Assembly: GCF_006345805.1 (NCBI RefSeq)
Contig: NC_043011.1
Location: 48,248,464 to 48,312,463, forward strand
Source of the DNA: Octopus sinensis
Lineage: Eukaryota
DNA length: 64,000 bases
Direction of reading: 5' to 3'
Shown here: positions 22,617-36,254 of the stretch, in pieces
Layout: each line of letters starts with the position of its first letter
Numbering within the stretch: position 1 is the first letter of the stretch
Notes under the pieces: generated by a model
The model's database searches: none
What the model saw: only the letters and a program-made list of their open reading frames with translations
Told to the model about the DNA's origin: nothing
Translations under genes and position numbers: made by a program

Positions 22617-25008
22617 CAGGAGTGTCAAAATTTATTTTGTAAAGTTACCAAATTTTGCACGGAAACATGAAAATGTACCAAATTTTAAATATTAATAGCA
22701 AAACCTATAAAAATATCATAAAGAGAAAAATATATTTAACTACTTTATTAACTGTTCCAAATCAAATTCCAGTTTTTAAATTTTGTCCAAAGTTTCTTAT
22801 GGTGCTTTCATCTCCATGTCATTAAGACCCTGGAGTATAAGATTTAGATCTTATTAACGCACTTAAGGTGAATATTTTCAAAGAAGTGTGATTTACAACT
22901 TCATTGTTGTTGAGTAAGAGATCTCTTTAAGCAAGAACTGAAAAATTAGATTTTGATAGTAATGGAAAACAATACACATTACTACATTTTTCTTTAGATA
23001 CATTAAACTGAATTTATTTTCTTAAATTACGAGGTTGGTCTTGCTGTATAAAATCTTTCTTGTCTTAATTTATTCTCCAAGGACTAATTTTCCCAGTTTG
23101 TACGTTATAGGATATTAGATTTTAGCCTCCCATTAGTAACACTGGTTGGATCACATATCTCAAGCAGCTTTAAATTAATAAATAACTCATTAGTTGAATT
23201 TGCAAGGTGAATGTAGAATATAAACTTAAAACATTTGCAGTTCTTTTTGAGAAATTTCTATTGGATTATCAAGATACATGCACCACCGTACATGACCACA
23301 TTAATTCTATTTATGTCATTAAGTTTCAAATCTTTTTGTTCGATGAAATACCTTTAACACTAGTTTTAATCAAATTCTTTAACTAATGATTTCTAAATGA
23401 TTTTCCACAAGTAAAATCCATTTTTTTAATGAGATTTTGTAATACTTCTGAGACTACTAAAGATACATCTATAAATCTTTTAAGGCAACAGGTATCTGGA
23501 ACAACCAAAGTGTTGAATGTTATTTTAAAATTATTTTCCCAACTAGTCAAATAAAAGATATCTTGTGCAGCTAATCTTGGGAATTAGTGGGAAGAATTTA
23601 TATTTTTACATTTTTGAGATTTTTTAATACTTATTTTTTCAATTAGGATTATTGCACAAATATGAAAAATTTGCACCTAACTTTTCCCAATAACATGGCA
23701 GTTCAAAGCAGACTTTAGAAGCAGACAAGTGTCATGAATTGCAAGCATAAGAATGCTGGAAGGTTTAGGGATTTTCTGCTTCCAGAAATGCTTTAGATTT
23801 CTTTGCTTCTCATCATGATATTAGCATCATTGCAGGCAAATTCTATGAGGCTTTTAAAAGTCATTTCATATTTGTTAAAAAAAAGGTCTGTATACAGTTA
23901 TAAGTTCTGAAAGTAGCTGCATCTTTAGCTTACAAAATATTAGAAATTTGTCCATTAACTTTTGAACTTCAGTGTCATAATAGATAGCTACAAAAACGTG
24001 CAGCTTGGGATTATAAGTATTTGTCTCAGCAATATGATAAGAATATTTTGTCCCCTTTCAACTTTGATAGAAGTTTATTGAGGCAATATGAAGAAACTCT
24101 AGGTCCCTTTGGTTCTACAACATTGATATCCTTTCCTATTTCCTATTTTTAAAATCTTGACAAGCATTAGCAACATGGCCTGATAAATGATTTTAAAAAG
24201 GCAATTAGCAACTTGTGTTCTGCTATGCATCTACAGTACGGTAACTGTTGTTTGTGCTGAATAGAGAATTGGCCAGGTTTCACAGAATCAGTTGCTTTGA
24301 AGCATGTATGAAAACATCTATGTTTTAGATTTCTAAATATTTTTTCTGTCTTGTTATATCTTCCAATTTGATTTCAAACTAACAATGATTTCACAATTGC
24401 ATAATATGAAGAATATTTTACTTGAGTTGTACTTATTTATCATAAAGTAAGAATTTTTTCATATGCTAAGAACCTAACTGAAACTTTTCTTTTGTAATAA
24501 GCAGTAGACTTTTTTCCGTATTTCTTTTGAAAATTTTATTTTTTACCATTTTGCTCACTATATGAGCAAGTATCCATATTTCACTGCTTGCTCACAATGA
24601 GTTCACAAAGAAGCAAATTGAATTCACAGAATTTAAAACAAAACACTCCAAAAAGTAAGCAGATGATGCTGCACACCAGGCAACAGCATAGACTGCGACT
24701 GAAACAGATGCAGCCACACGAAGCGGAGGAATACATCACAGGATTGCATCACTTTACTCACTGTCTCATCTCTCCAGTCCTCATTTGCATAATAAACCAG
24801 AAATATATTAATGAACATGTATCACATGAAAAAAAAAATATTTAAATGTTTAAAAATTATTAAGAAATAACTTAAAGAATTTTTTTGAGTTAAAATTTAG
24901 AATTACCGACACAAAATGTAACATGGAAATATTAGACATTGTACCAAACATACAACATGAGGCAAAAGATACCAAATTTGAGTGAACATTCCAACTATGG
25001 CAGCCTTG
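22617..25008 (-). mobile_element. hAT DNA transposon, full extent, decayed
   Basis: Degenerate TIRs CAGGAGTGTCA and CAAGGCTGCCA (reverse complement of 24998-25008); 8-bp TSD GCACTCAG/GCACTTAA; the host LINE UTR resumes after it; internal transposase remnants. Confidence 0.75.
22830..24530 (-). pseudogene. hAT-family transposase pseudogene (many stops and frameshifts)
   Basis: Ordered motifs: CNCEII, IAEHKLL, KGTKYSYHIAETN (cf. FSxLxDEST), KYEMTFKSLIEFACNDANIMM, ACNS*HLSASKVCFELP (cf. CxCHSLHLCAS), HSTLWL (cf. TRWL), FPLLSK...TLSALIRSK. Confidence 0.75.
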
Positions 25009-26479
25009 GCACTTAATAGTACAGCAATAAGTACAATAAAAATAAGACTACAGAATAATAAAAACAAGAAGAAAAAAAATAACAATGTCTAATATAGGCA
25101 CAAAGCCAGTAATTTTGAGGGGAGGGGGTAAGGTGATGCCACCTGCCTTGTTACTTGTACTTTATTTCATTGACCCAGAAAGGATGAAAGGCAAAGTTAA
25201 TAAAGATGCTGATGAAGGGGAGGAGAAGAAGAGAATTTCTTTCATAAACAGAAATCCATATATTTTAATAGTAATGATAATAATCTACTATAATAATACT
25301 CTTGTGTTTTTCTCTGTCACAACATATGAGAAAGAAAGGGGTGATGGCAAACTGGTGGGATGGTGAACATTCAATGCTGAAAAGAAAAATCAAACAACAT
25401 TTCAACTCTGTGCAAGTATATGTGTGTGCATGTAGAAGAGAAGTATGTGAATGTTTGTGAACATTAACAAGTGTATTAATTTGATTTACCAGCCATATTT
25501 ATATATAAAATACTACAATTAGCCATCACTTTTGACAGCATGGAGCCAGCTAGTGATATTAGTGATAATGATGAAGAGGAGGAATTTCATTTATTTGCCA
25601 CAAGGGCGATAATGAAAGAGAGGCTACAAAGACAGGTTGAAATAATATATATATTGGCTAAACTGGCAAAATGACCATTCCTAAATACAACAATATATAT
25701 ACAAATTGAGATAGGGGTTGTAAATGCAACCCTCAATGGGATAACATATATCCAATATACTGCTAGTGAAGTACCCAACAAAGTTAATACATAAATGTTA
25801 AGAATTGCGATGCAATTAATTCATTTACTGTATTATATGGGCAAAGGTAAAATGTTTTACCACAAATTAATAATACAAAATAAGAAAATGGAGAAATACA
25901 TAATTGATTTAGATGTATTTCTCCATTTTCTTATTTTGTATATATATATATATATTATATATATATATTATATATATATATATTCATACACACATATTTA
26001 CATACATACATATATGTACATATAAATATATATATATAAATGTATTTCGTGTGTATTTATAAATGTATATATATATATAAACACAAATTTTCATACATAT
26101 GGGTGTGTGTGGTGTGTGTGTGTGTGTGTATGTGTGTAAAATAAAACAAAGCAAGTGAGAGTGTTTATAAAATTTTAATTACACCATCTTCTGTCACATA
26201 TCTTTGAAAATTTGACAATATAGAGTTTGATTATTCAGTTTGCTTTGCGTATCTAATATTCACATTTGTTAAAAAAAAATTTACATATGATACTGTAATG
26301 AATATCTTATGAACAATCGATCATGTCTTGCTTTATTTCTTTAAATGCACTCACAGACATTCCTAAAATCGAATCATACAAAATACTTCAAGTACAATAA
26401 TACAAATGGGAATACACGTGAAGTTCTACTTATTTGTTATTTATCATGCAAAGCAACCTGTCTATATATTTATTTATTC

Positions 26480-26521
26480 ATCTGTGTATCTATCTATCTA
26501 TCTATCTGTCTTTCTGTCTAT

Positions 26522-26597
<76 letters not shown>

Positions 26598-26808
26598 TTA
26601 CTTATCCATCTATCTTTTTTTTTTTTATCCCCCCTTTTTTGTCCTCTTTCTTTCCTTTTACGATCCCTTTTGATCGAAAACCAAACCCCCATTTTTTTGC
26701 CCCCAAAAGAAAAGCTCTACCTTGTAATTTGTCCTGTCTGTGTGCAGCCCTGTGTGGCTAATAAAGAAACATCTATTTATTTATCCATCTATCTATCTAT
26801 CTATCTAC

Positions 26809-26856
<48 letters not shown>

Positions 26857-26873
26857 TTATTTATTTATCCATC

Positions 26874-26916
<43 letters not shown>

Positions 26917-27200
26917 TCATTTCTCTTTTCTTTTGTTCCTTTTCCTTTTCTTTTTTTTTTCTTTTTATTCTTTTTATTTTTTATTCTATTTTAATTTTTT
27001 ATTTTTATTTTTATTTATTTATTTTTTTTTTGTTCTTTTCTTCCCTTTTACGATCCCTCTTGATCGAAAACCTACGCCACCCCCTTTTTTTTGTTTTTTT
27101 GTTTTTTTCATCCCCTAAAAGAAAAGCTCTACCTTGTAACTTGTCCCATCTGTGTGCAGCCCTGTGTGGCCAATAAAGAAACTTATCTATCTATCTATCT
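26480..27200 (+). repeat. (TATC)n tracts containing two copies of a LINE-like 3' end (26630-26770, 27035-27182)
   Basis: Two similar copies ending CTTGTAA(T/C)TTGTCC...CAGCCCTGTGTGG.AATAAAGAAAC, each followed by (TATC)n. Confidence 0.75.
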
Positions 27201-28059
27201 ATCTTTTGGGGGTCCACACAAGCAAAATAGTGAATTAGGGATTCAAAATACTATTTTAATAGTCCCTGAAAAAATGTATTTATTACAAGAAACTGCTGAT
27301 TTCTGTCCCTCAATGCTACACAGGTTAGTGTGTTTAAAAAAATATAGGAATTTTGAAATGAGCATCTAGTTTTTAAACATCGAATGGCTATGTGGATCTC
27401 ATGAGAATAGAACAGTAATCAGATGGGGCCACAAGCAAAAACAAAAAGTGAACCACTGGTTTAAACAGAAGAAGAAACCTTGGCTTTATGGTCACTGCAA
27501 TACACTGGAACTAGATGGTTCAAAGTTTACCACGGAGATGGTGAGGTGGGGTGGACTTTTCTGGAAAAGCCTGATTGGACTAGGAGGAGGCATTAAACAA
27601 GGAGGTGTGAGTTATGACTGCTGAACCAACGAATGATACTTCAAGTAGAAAAAGTGTTTGGAAGCGTTTGAAGAGATTATAAGTTATTTAGATTATCAAA
27701 TGTTGTGTGAAATAAATAACTTTTAAAGAGAACGTACAGAAGATAGAAGTTCAGATGCAACAGACATTTTATTATTGGCTGTTTTTCAAAACATTTTGTA
27801 TTTTATTTTTGATATCTTTTAAATTTTCTATTACTAAAGATCGCCTCACTAGGTTTCTTATGTGATTATATAACATGATGATGGTTCACTTACTCTTTTA
27901 GTATTGGTTAATATACTTTAAATTTGTTACATACTGACTACATGTATACAGATTCTCACACTTCTCCAGCAGATGACATTGACACGGGCACACAGAAATA
28001 AATAAGCAGTCCAACTTTAGTTCATCTAAATGAGATATTTAATCATTAAATATGTGTGT

Positions 28060-28201
28060 GTGGGTTTGTATGCATACATACACACACACACATGTATATA
28101 TTTATATACATACATATTTGTTTATGCACATATATATACATATGCATACATATGTGCATAAGCATATATATATATATATGCATAAGCACATATATATATG
28201 C

Positions 28202-28259
<58 letters not shown>

Positions 28260-28260
28260 G
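28060..28260. repeat. (TA)n/(CA)n microsatellite
   Basis: Seen directly. Confidence 0.9.
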
Positions 28261-28526
28261 TGTGTGAATATATATTTTTACATAAATATGCATGAAGTTG
28301 AAATTCAATGCTGTTTCTTTGGCTGCTTACATAATTACAGGGTGTTAACTACACAAACATGTGCATATATACAAACACATTCATGCAACTCATGGAATAT
28401 GCATACACACACACACACACACACATACATACATATACATACACATGTAATCAACAACTGCAAAAAGATGTTATCAAACCACTATAGTATATATATATAT
28501 ACACACACATATATAGGTAGATATAT

Positions 28527-28561
<35 letters not shown>

Positions 28562-28640
28562 TTGTGTGTGTGTATGTGTATAGGAAAGACTGCCTTGAGA
28601 TAAAATAGACTGTGTCCCTGTTACTGAAAATATACCTTTA

Positions 28641-28674
<34 letters not shown>

Positions 28675-29029
28675 AGGAGTGAACATTGTCGAACTGCCCT
28701 ATCATTGACCCTGAATTGTGCTAGAGGACCTTAAGGACCTAACTTAGTACTTTGGCAAAAGAGACTGACAGAATAAGTACCAGGCTTACAAAGAATAAGC
28801 CCTGGGATCAATTTGCTTGACTAAAGCTGGTGTTCCAGCATGGCTGCAGTCAAACGACTGAAGCAACATATATATATATAAACAACATAAGCAAAAATGG
28901 AGGAAGTCACATTTTTAATTGGTGATTACACTATAGATTAACGACGGCTGTTTCTATTGTTCTAGTATATTTAGATGTAGAGAGAAGGGACAAAATACCA
29001 TTCAAATAAATATACCCGGAAAACTTCTG

Positions 29030-29067
29030 CTAACACACATACACATGCATACACAAATATATATACA

Positions 29068-29099
<32 letters not shown>

Positions 29100-29243
29100 A
29101 TATATATATATAATATACATATATATATATATATTATATATAATATACATATATATACACAAACATATATATAATATATATATATATATATACATATATA
29201 TACACAACACACACACATATATATATATATATAATATATATAT

Positions 29244-29299
<56 letters not shown>

Positions 29300-29300
29300 A
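29030..29300. repeat. (TA)n/(CA)n microsatellite
   Basis: Seen directly. Confidence 0.9.
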
Positions 29301-29799
29301 CTTATTATCTTATACTAAAACTTGCATCAGTAGTTTTTCTCACCTCATTACACCACAAATGATAGCTGACTTTTTTATGTTAGTGCAAAATTAATAAACT
29401 GTAGACTGATGATTTTCACACACACACACACTCACACACATACACACAGTTAATTTATTGCTCAATCGAGTATAGCAGAACAGTGCCACAGTGTTAATCG
29501 GTAAGTCTAAAGTAGTAGTCGTAGCTTGCAGGATGTTTATATTGCCAGAATTCGATGCTAAAGATTACAGGTTCCCATCAACCTCTTGTCTTAACTATGG
29601 TGATAGAAGCAAATGAAAGTTAGCAGAGTATAATAAGTTATTCTATTGTGATGAAAATAATTCTAGCATTCAGTGCTGGAACCCTCCATGATTCTGACCT
29701 CAACATCATATTCTATTTCCTCATATTGAAATGATATGTTCACTAAGAGAACTGTTTGTACTTAATTTTGATCGACATTGTATGTTATATGCTGGTACA

Positions 29800-29888
29800 A
29801 TAGATGTAGATAGATAGATAGATAGACAGATAGATGGATAGAATGATGGATGGGTGGATAGATAGATAGATTGATAGTCAGATAGATG

Positions 29889-29938
<50 letters not shown>

Positions 29939-29948
29939 CAGATAGATG

Positions 29949-29986
<38 letters not shown>

Positions 29987-30000
29987 ATGATGGATGGGTG

Positions 30001-30034
<34 letters not shown>

Positions 30035-30282
30035 CAGATAGATGGATAGATAGATAGATAGATAGATAGATAGACAGACAGTCAGACAGGCAGACAGACA
30101 GACAGACAGACAGATAGATAGATAGATAGATAGATAGGCAGAGATAGATAGATAGATCGATAGACAGATGGATGGATTGATGGGTGGATGGATGGATGGA
30201 TAGATAGATGGATGGATTGATGGCTGGCTGGCTGGCTTGATGGATGGATGGATGGATGGATGGATGGCTGGATAGATAGATA
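29800..30282. repeat. (GATA)n/(GACA)n/(GGAT)n tetranucleotide tract
   Basis: Seen directly. Confidence 0.95.
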
Positions 30283-30379
30283 CAAACACATGCGATATGT
30301 TTCCTGTATTTACAACCTAGCTGCCACATCTGATATGCAAATGACATGGATCTTCATTTCTCCCTAAATCTCTTTCTGA

Positions 30380-31470
30380 AAATGCAGCATCGACACACAG
30401 CCTATACATCATATACCAAACCATCACTGATTCCATAAATGAAAACCTTGTCTCTTTAAACAAAAGAACAAAAACCAAAAAACTCAAGACCGATGAAAGT
30501 TAAAAAACAGCACTGCATCACATCCCTGAAAACATGCACAGTTCACAACTAGAACCCTCACAACAGCACCAAATACTGGGTTTCACTATCAATAAGAATT
30601 TCTTCTGATGAAAGCGCATCATTAATACAGCTACAACTGCATTCTGAAGACTAGGCCTGCTGTTCAGAGCCAGAAGTTATTTCAGCCCTTCGCAATTCTA
30701 AAAGGTTCAAGCAGAGCACAAAATTTAATACTGCACCCATTTTTAAGAAGAGACTGCTATTGTGTGCCCAAACATCATCTACAGAAGGGTCACTCAACTA
30801 ATTGTCATTAAATCCTTAACATACACTCCAGCATCTGGACCTCGAGAATCTTTCCCAATGTTACTATTATAACATTGAGCGCCTTGTTTCCCTGGGCATG
30901 GATTCACTGAAGCTCCGGCGTCTGGCGATGGACTTGGTAAACACCCACAAAGTTATCAACCACCTCACCAACAACAACACTAAACACCTTTGTGATCTCC
31001 ATGTGTCCAACACACGTGGACATGCCTACAAAGTCAGAAAACAGCACAGCTCCCATGACTTCGGAAACATTTTTTCACACTCAGAGTTGCTGAAGCATGG
31101 AACAAACTGCCTGTGTCAGTTGTTGACTGCCATGACACTGCATCCTTTAAGGCCCTCATGCTTTCCGAAATCTGCCAAAACTACACCTGATTATATATAC
31201 ACTTTAGATGAGTTGTAGTGCACCTGAGCACTGTGCACAATGTTTTATTATTATTATTATAATATAGTGGCCTCTCTGTCTCAGAACTAGTTCATCACAT
31301 ATTGTTGCAACTGGGGTACACCTGACTTATTCATCTCTCCACCTTGCATCACCCTTGTTACATCTAACACCCACCCAGCCTGCACCTACCTCTGTGGCCA
31401 ATCCTTTCTCCCTTGACATAAACTTCTGGAATCTACACCTCACCTCCAGCTTTTCCTTGTAAGTGTTAAT
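30380..31470 (+). mobile_element. Old L2/Jockey-like LINE fragment, interrupted by a CR1 3' end
   Basis: Peptides HQILGFTINKN and RLGLLFRARSYFSP before the insert; a further degenerate C-terminal segment after 31265. Confidence 0.55.
30870..31260 (+). mobile_element. CR1-clade LINE 3' end with (TAT)n tail
   Basis: ERLVSLGMDSLKLRRLAMDL...NTRGHAYKVRK, then after a frameshift FFTLRVAEAWNKLPVSVV; typical CR1 C-terminus. Confidence 0.8.
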
Positions 31471-31844
31471 CATAAATAGATTAAATGAAACATTAATATC
31501 GACCTCAGTGGTCTAGGGAGAGCTTACAAATTTTGGATAAAGGGACACAGCTCCTTTTTTCAAACTCAGCAGAATGCATGTAAATGTATGTGTGTATGTG
31601 TATGTGTGTGTGTGAGAATATGCTAGAACGTTAAAATTTTTTGGCTTATCACTGCTTGGCCTCAACAGATGCTCACTACATGACCATAAATCTGCTCAAA
31701 GAAGTATAGAATAATAAAATCTAACTTAAAAGGGCAGTTAAGAGTTGGCAACAAGAAGGTAATCCAGCCATAAAATCGTGTCTCAGATAAAAGTCCCTAT
31801 CAACCTTATGTTAGCATTGAAGTACAGATGTTACAAAATAAACC

Positions 31845-31977
31845 ATATATATATATATATTATATATATATATATATATATGTGTATATATATAAATATA
31901 TATATATATACACACAACCACACCATATGTATATACATATATGCACATGTACACACACATATGTACATATATGCATG

Positions 31978-32018
<41 letters not shown>

Positions 32019-32724
32019 TATATGTATATATGCACATGTACACACACATAGATGCATATATGTATGTGAATGTGTGTATATGTATATATTCATAGTTATA
32101 ACATATATATGTGTGTGTGTGTGTGTGTATGTGTGTGTGTGCATGTACGTATATGTATATCCTTACATACTTTGCATTAGCGAACTTACTGAAGGCAGAA
32201 TTTTTAAAACTTCAAAAGACATTGTAGTGCGTGGCCCATGTTTTATATTACTCCTAAATATTTTGAACTGCTTATGGATTTAAATATACATACTTATATA
32301 TATATATATATATACAAACATAAACACATATATGCACACACAAAAATGCATACATGCATACATAAATGTATGTAGATGAAACTAAAAATAGACCTAACGA
32401 CATTGCAATGTAAAGCACATCTTAGGCTGCAGAAATACACACAGACACAAACATATATATATAAGGTGCACATACACATGATCAATAAACCACCTGCAAC
32501 AAATTATAGATTTATATCAGCTACATAGAGAAGCACATACATACATAGAGGCTTATATATATATATATACATATACACACACATATCTAAAAAAAACGAA
32601 TGTTCAATGATGATGATGATGATGATATATGCATATATAGTTATACATATGTGTGTGTGTATGTATATATATGTATGGTGTATATATATATATACATGTG
32701 TACATATATATATATGTGCATGCG

Positions 32725-32763
<39 letters not shown>

Positions 32764-33000
32764 CTGTAAATATCTATACAGATATATATATTTATTCATA
32801 CCTATATATATGTGTATATATATATGTATATATATGTATACATGTATGTATGTGTGTATATATATATATACATGTATGTATGTATATATATATATATATG
32901 TATACATGTATATATGTGTATATATATATATATATACACACGTATGTATGTATATCTATCTATATACATACATACATACATACACATATATAGATCTGTA
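31845..33000. repeat. Several (TA)n/(TG)n compound microsatellites
   Basis: Seen directly, interspersed with short unique segments. Confidence 0.85.
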
Positions 33001-33139
33001 TGACAAGTTTCCAAACGACTTATGTCTTCGAATATCATTTGCACAATATTACTTGGCTTGAACAATGGCTAAAGGCATTTGTTGAAGATATCCTGTAAAG
33101 GGGATCGAAAATTCTTTGCCCTGCAGCCCCGCCTGCATG

Positions 33140-33202
<63 letters not shown>

Positions 33203-33447
33203 CATGCTTCTTGTATATCCATTTGTTTTTGCAATGAGTATTTAGTCATTAGAACAACTAAAGCACCTGGTCATTGAATCAACATGTATTCTTTTAATCT
33301 TTACTTGTCTCAGTCATTTGAATGTGGCCATGCTGGAGTGAAAATATTCTACAGACACTTATGCTTTTACTATAATCCTAAAGCAGAACAATTATAGCAT
33401 TGTGACAAGGCTGGAAAGGAAATTCCAGGGCCTCCATATGGTTTCTT

Positions 33448-33859
33448 ATTTTTTTATTGCCCACAAGGGGCTAAACACAGAGGGGACAAACAAGGACAGA
33501 TAAATGGATTAAGTTGATTATATTGACCCCAGTGCGTAACTGGTACTTATTTAATTGACCCCAAAAGGATGAAAGGCAAAGTCGACCTTGGCGGAATTTG
33601 AACTCAGAACATAGCGGCAGACGAAATACCTATTTCTTTACTACCCACAAGGGGCTAAACACAGAGAGAACAAACAAGGACAGACAAACGGATTAAGTCA
33701 ATTATATCAACCCCAGTGCGTAACTGGTACTTATTTAATTGACCCCGAAAGGATGAAAGGCAAAGTCGACCTCGGTGGAATTTGAACTCAGAACGTAATG
33801 GCAGACGAAATAAAGCTAGGCATTTCACCTTGTGTGTTAACGCTTCTGCCAGCTTGCCA
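33448..33859 (-). mobile_element. SINE B tandem dimer with a single 14-bp TSD
   Basis: Junction at 33630/33631; TSD CCATATGGTTTCTT at 33434-33447 and 33860-33873. Confidence 0.85.
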
Positions 33860-34469
33860 CCATATGGTTTCTTTCAACTTGAATCAGCTCAAAATGCCAT
33901 CTGATAGGACTGAACTCAGATCCCTGTGACTATGAAGGAAGCTTCTTAACCATTTGGCCATTCTGCATTCATGTGCACATTTGCATGCATATGGATTCGT
34001 ATCCACATATGCACACTCACTCACACACTTGCATACAAATTTTATATCCTCACATAGACACTCTATCATATTTATACACACGAACATATTTATATCCACA
34101 TGTCTTTATTTCATATTCTGAAGCTCACACAGATAACATGTAAATACACACACACACCTAAACAGCGGCATACATTTATATGTATGAGCAAATTCAGACA
34201 CTGAACGAAAATCTGTACCTGTAGAATAAATTATCTCGTTCACTGCTCTCTTTTACGGCTACAGACTTCAAAACTGTAAATTTAAACCAAAAATTCAGAA
34301 ACAAAATAATAAAATAGCTACAACCACAGGATACAAATAAACTAACCAAAAAATGTATAAGCATTGATCTAATAAACAGAGGAGGCACTAACAGAGATAT
34401 ATATAAAATTTAGGTGAATTTTTTTTTTCTGTTTTAGAAAACCACAGTCTTTGATCTGATAAATGAGGA

Positions 34470-34542
34470 TGCTGATGATGATGACGATGATGACTGTGAT
34501 GAGAATGATGATGTGACAATATTAGCAATAAATATATGACCA

Positions 34543-34604
<62 letters not shown>

Positions 34605-34770
34605 GATGATAATGGTGATGATAATAATAATAATGATAATATCAATGATTACAATAATAACATCATAAAAGTTATGATTGTGATAATAATGATGATGATG
34701 ATTATGAATATGATGAAGAGGATAAATGAAGATGATAATGGCGATGATGATGAAAATAATAATGATAACG
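34470..34770. repeat. (AAT)n/(GAT)n compound microsatellite
   Basis: Seen directly. Confidence 0.9.
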
Positions 34771-35931
34771 GAATTGAAATTTCTTTTTTTATAATGCATA
34801 TAGAATCTTAGAAACATATAAAATATAAAACAAAGGAAAGAAAAACATGAACGAAAATATTTGCAAAAGTCTGGGAAAAAATATTTAAAAATTAACATTC
34901 AAAACCAAGGAATGTTTACATGAATATTGAGATATAATTTTTTAACCAGTCAACTGCAAAATTCCTGAAGTGGATATGACAGACAGTGAGGACAGGTTAC
35001 AATTATATATTGGCAACCAAAACAGACAGGATGAACTGGCAAAGCAAACATAGCTACAAGAAAGCATACCCATCAATATACATACAAAGATATATATTTG
35101 AGAAAGATCACGCATGGTTCTAATCACAGAAAAGGCTGATGAGATGTAACCAGATTGAATCCCTACCGTTTTAGTTGCTTGTTGTGTTTATGGTCATTAT
35201 ATGTTATGTACAACCCCACTTGAATTGTTTTAGCGCAGAAGCTAGAAATATTTTTGTATGTAAAACTATACCTGGAAATACAGCTACACACACTTAAGAA
35301 GAATATATGTAATTCTTTTTGGGATGTCAAGAGGAATATAAATATATATATATATTACGGAGATGTTCTTGCATAGCAAGGGACATGATCTGAGATCATG
35401 TGCTGAAACAAAAACAATTGCAACGTGGAAGGTGTTTATATAATCCATTCAAAAACACACAAAAACTGTTAAATTCACTTCAAATTTAATTTTTCAAAAT
35501 ATTTTTGTCACTTTGAAGCCATGACAAAATTCCATGGTGCTGTGTTCATATATATATAAATAATATAGGTGGCTTGAAGCAATTTAGCTGAGGGGTCATC
35601 TGACTTTTTGTGGCTGAGGAGTCTTTGACTCCTATTTCAAGCAATGCTGGTGCTGAATGCACCTATGGTCATTATGTATATATACATATATACATATATA
35701 TGCACATACATAGAGGGTGGGCAAAAAGTTATGCACCAAAACATTTGACATTCTTATTTTGTCGTTATCTTCAATTTGTTCATTACGTAGAAGTACCTGT
35801 GTATTCATCAATATTTCATTTATTTTAATCAATAATAGAATAATTGAAACATGTCTTACAATTCTGGAGTATATTGAACTTATTCGGTGCATGACATTTC
35901 ACCCACCCCTCATGTGCATGATGTGTGTATG

Positions 35932-35975
<44 letters not shown>

Positions 35976-36254
35976 TGTATGTATATATGTCTCTATATAA
36001 ATATATGTATATAATTTAGAGAAAAGCCTCTATTAAACAATTCAATAGTGAAAGACGTTATCCACACCATATAGAAAACATATACTATAAAAAAAAACTT
36101 ATTCTAAAAATCAATACAGTACATAAACAATAAATAGTAAATAGTAGTAGTAATTTGATTTAGAATTGCTAAATTGAATTTTTCCCTGTAAGTTTGGAAA
36201 TATATTCCCTACTATTATTATTATATATAAATATATATATACATAGATACATGT

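Noticed and set aside
23646-24370. Long, partly open plus-strand frame (...LLRQYEETLGPFGSTTLISFP...)
   Set aside because: It is the antisense shadow of the minus-strand hAT transposase pseudogene, whose motifs are recognisable and in order.
27460-27630. Exon-like or Tc1-like segment (KKKPWLYGHCNTLELDGSKFTTEM / WFKVYHGDGEVG)
   Set aside because: Two frames are open, the acceptor is weak, and similarity to Tc1 motifs is too low to support either reading.
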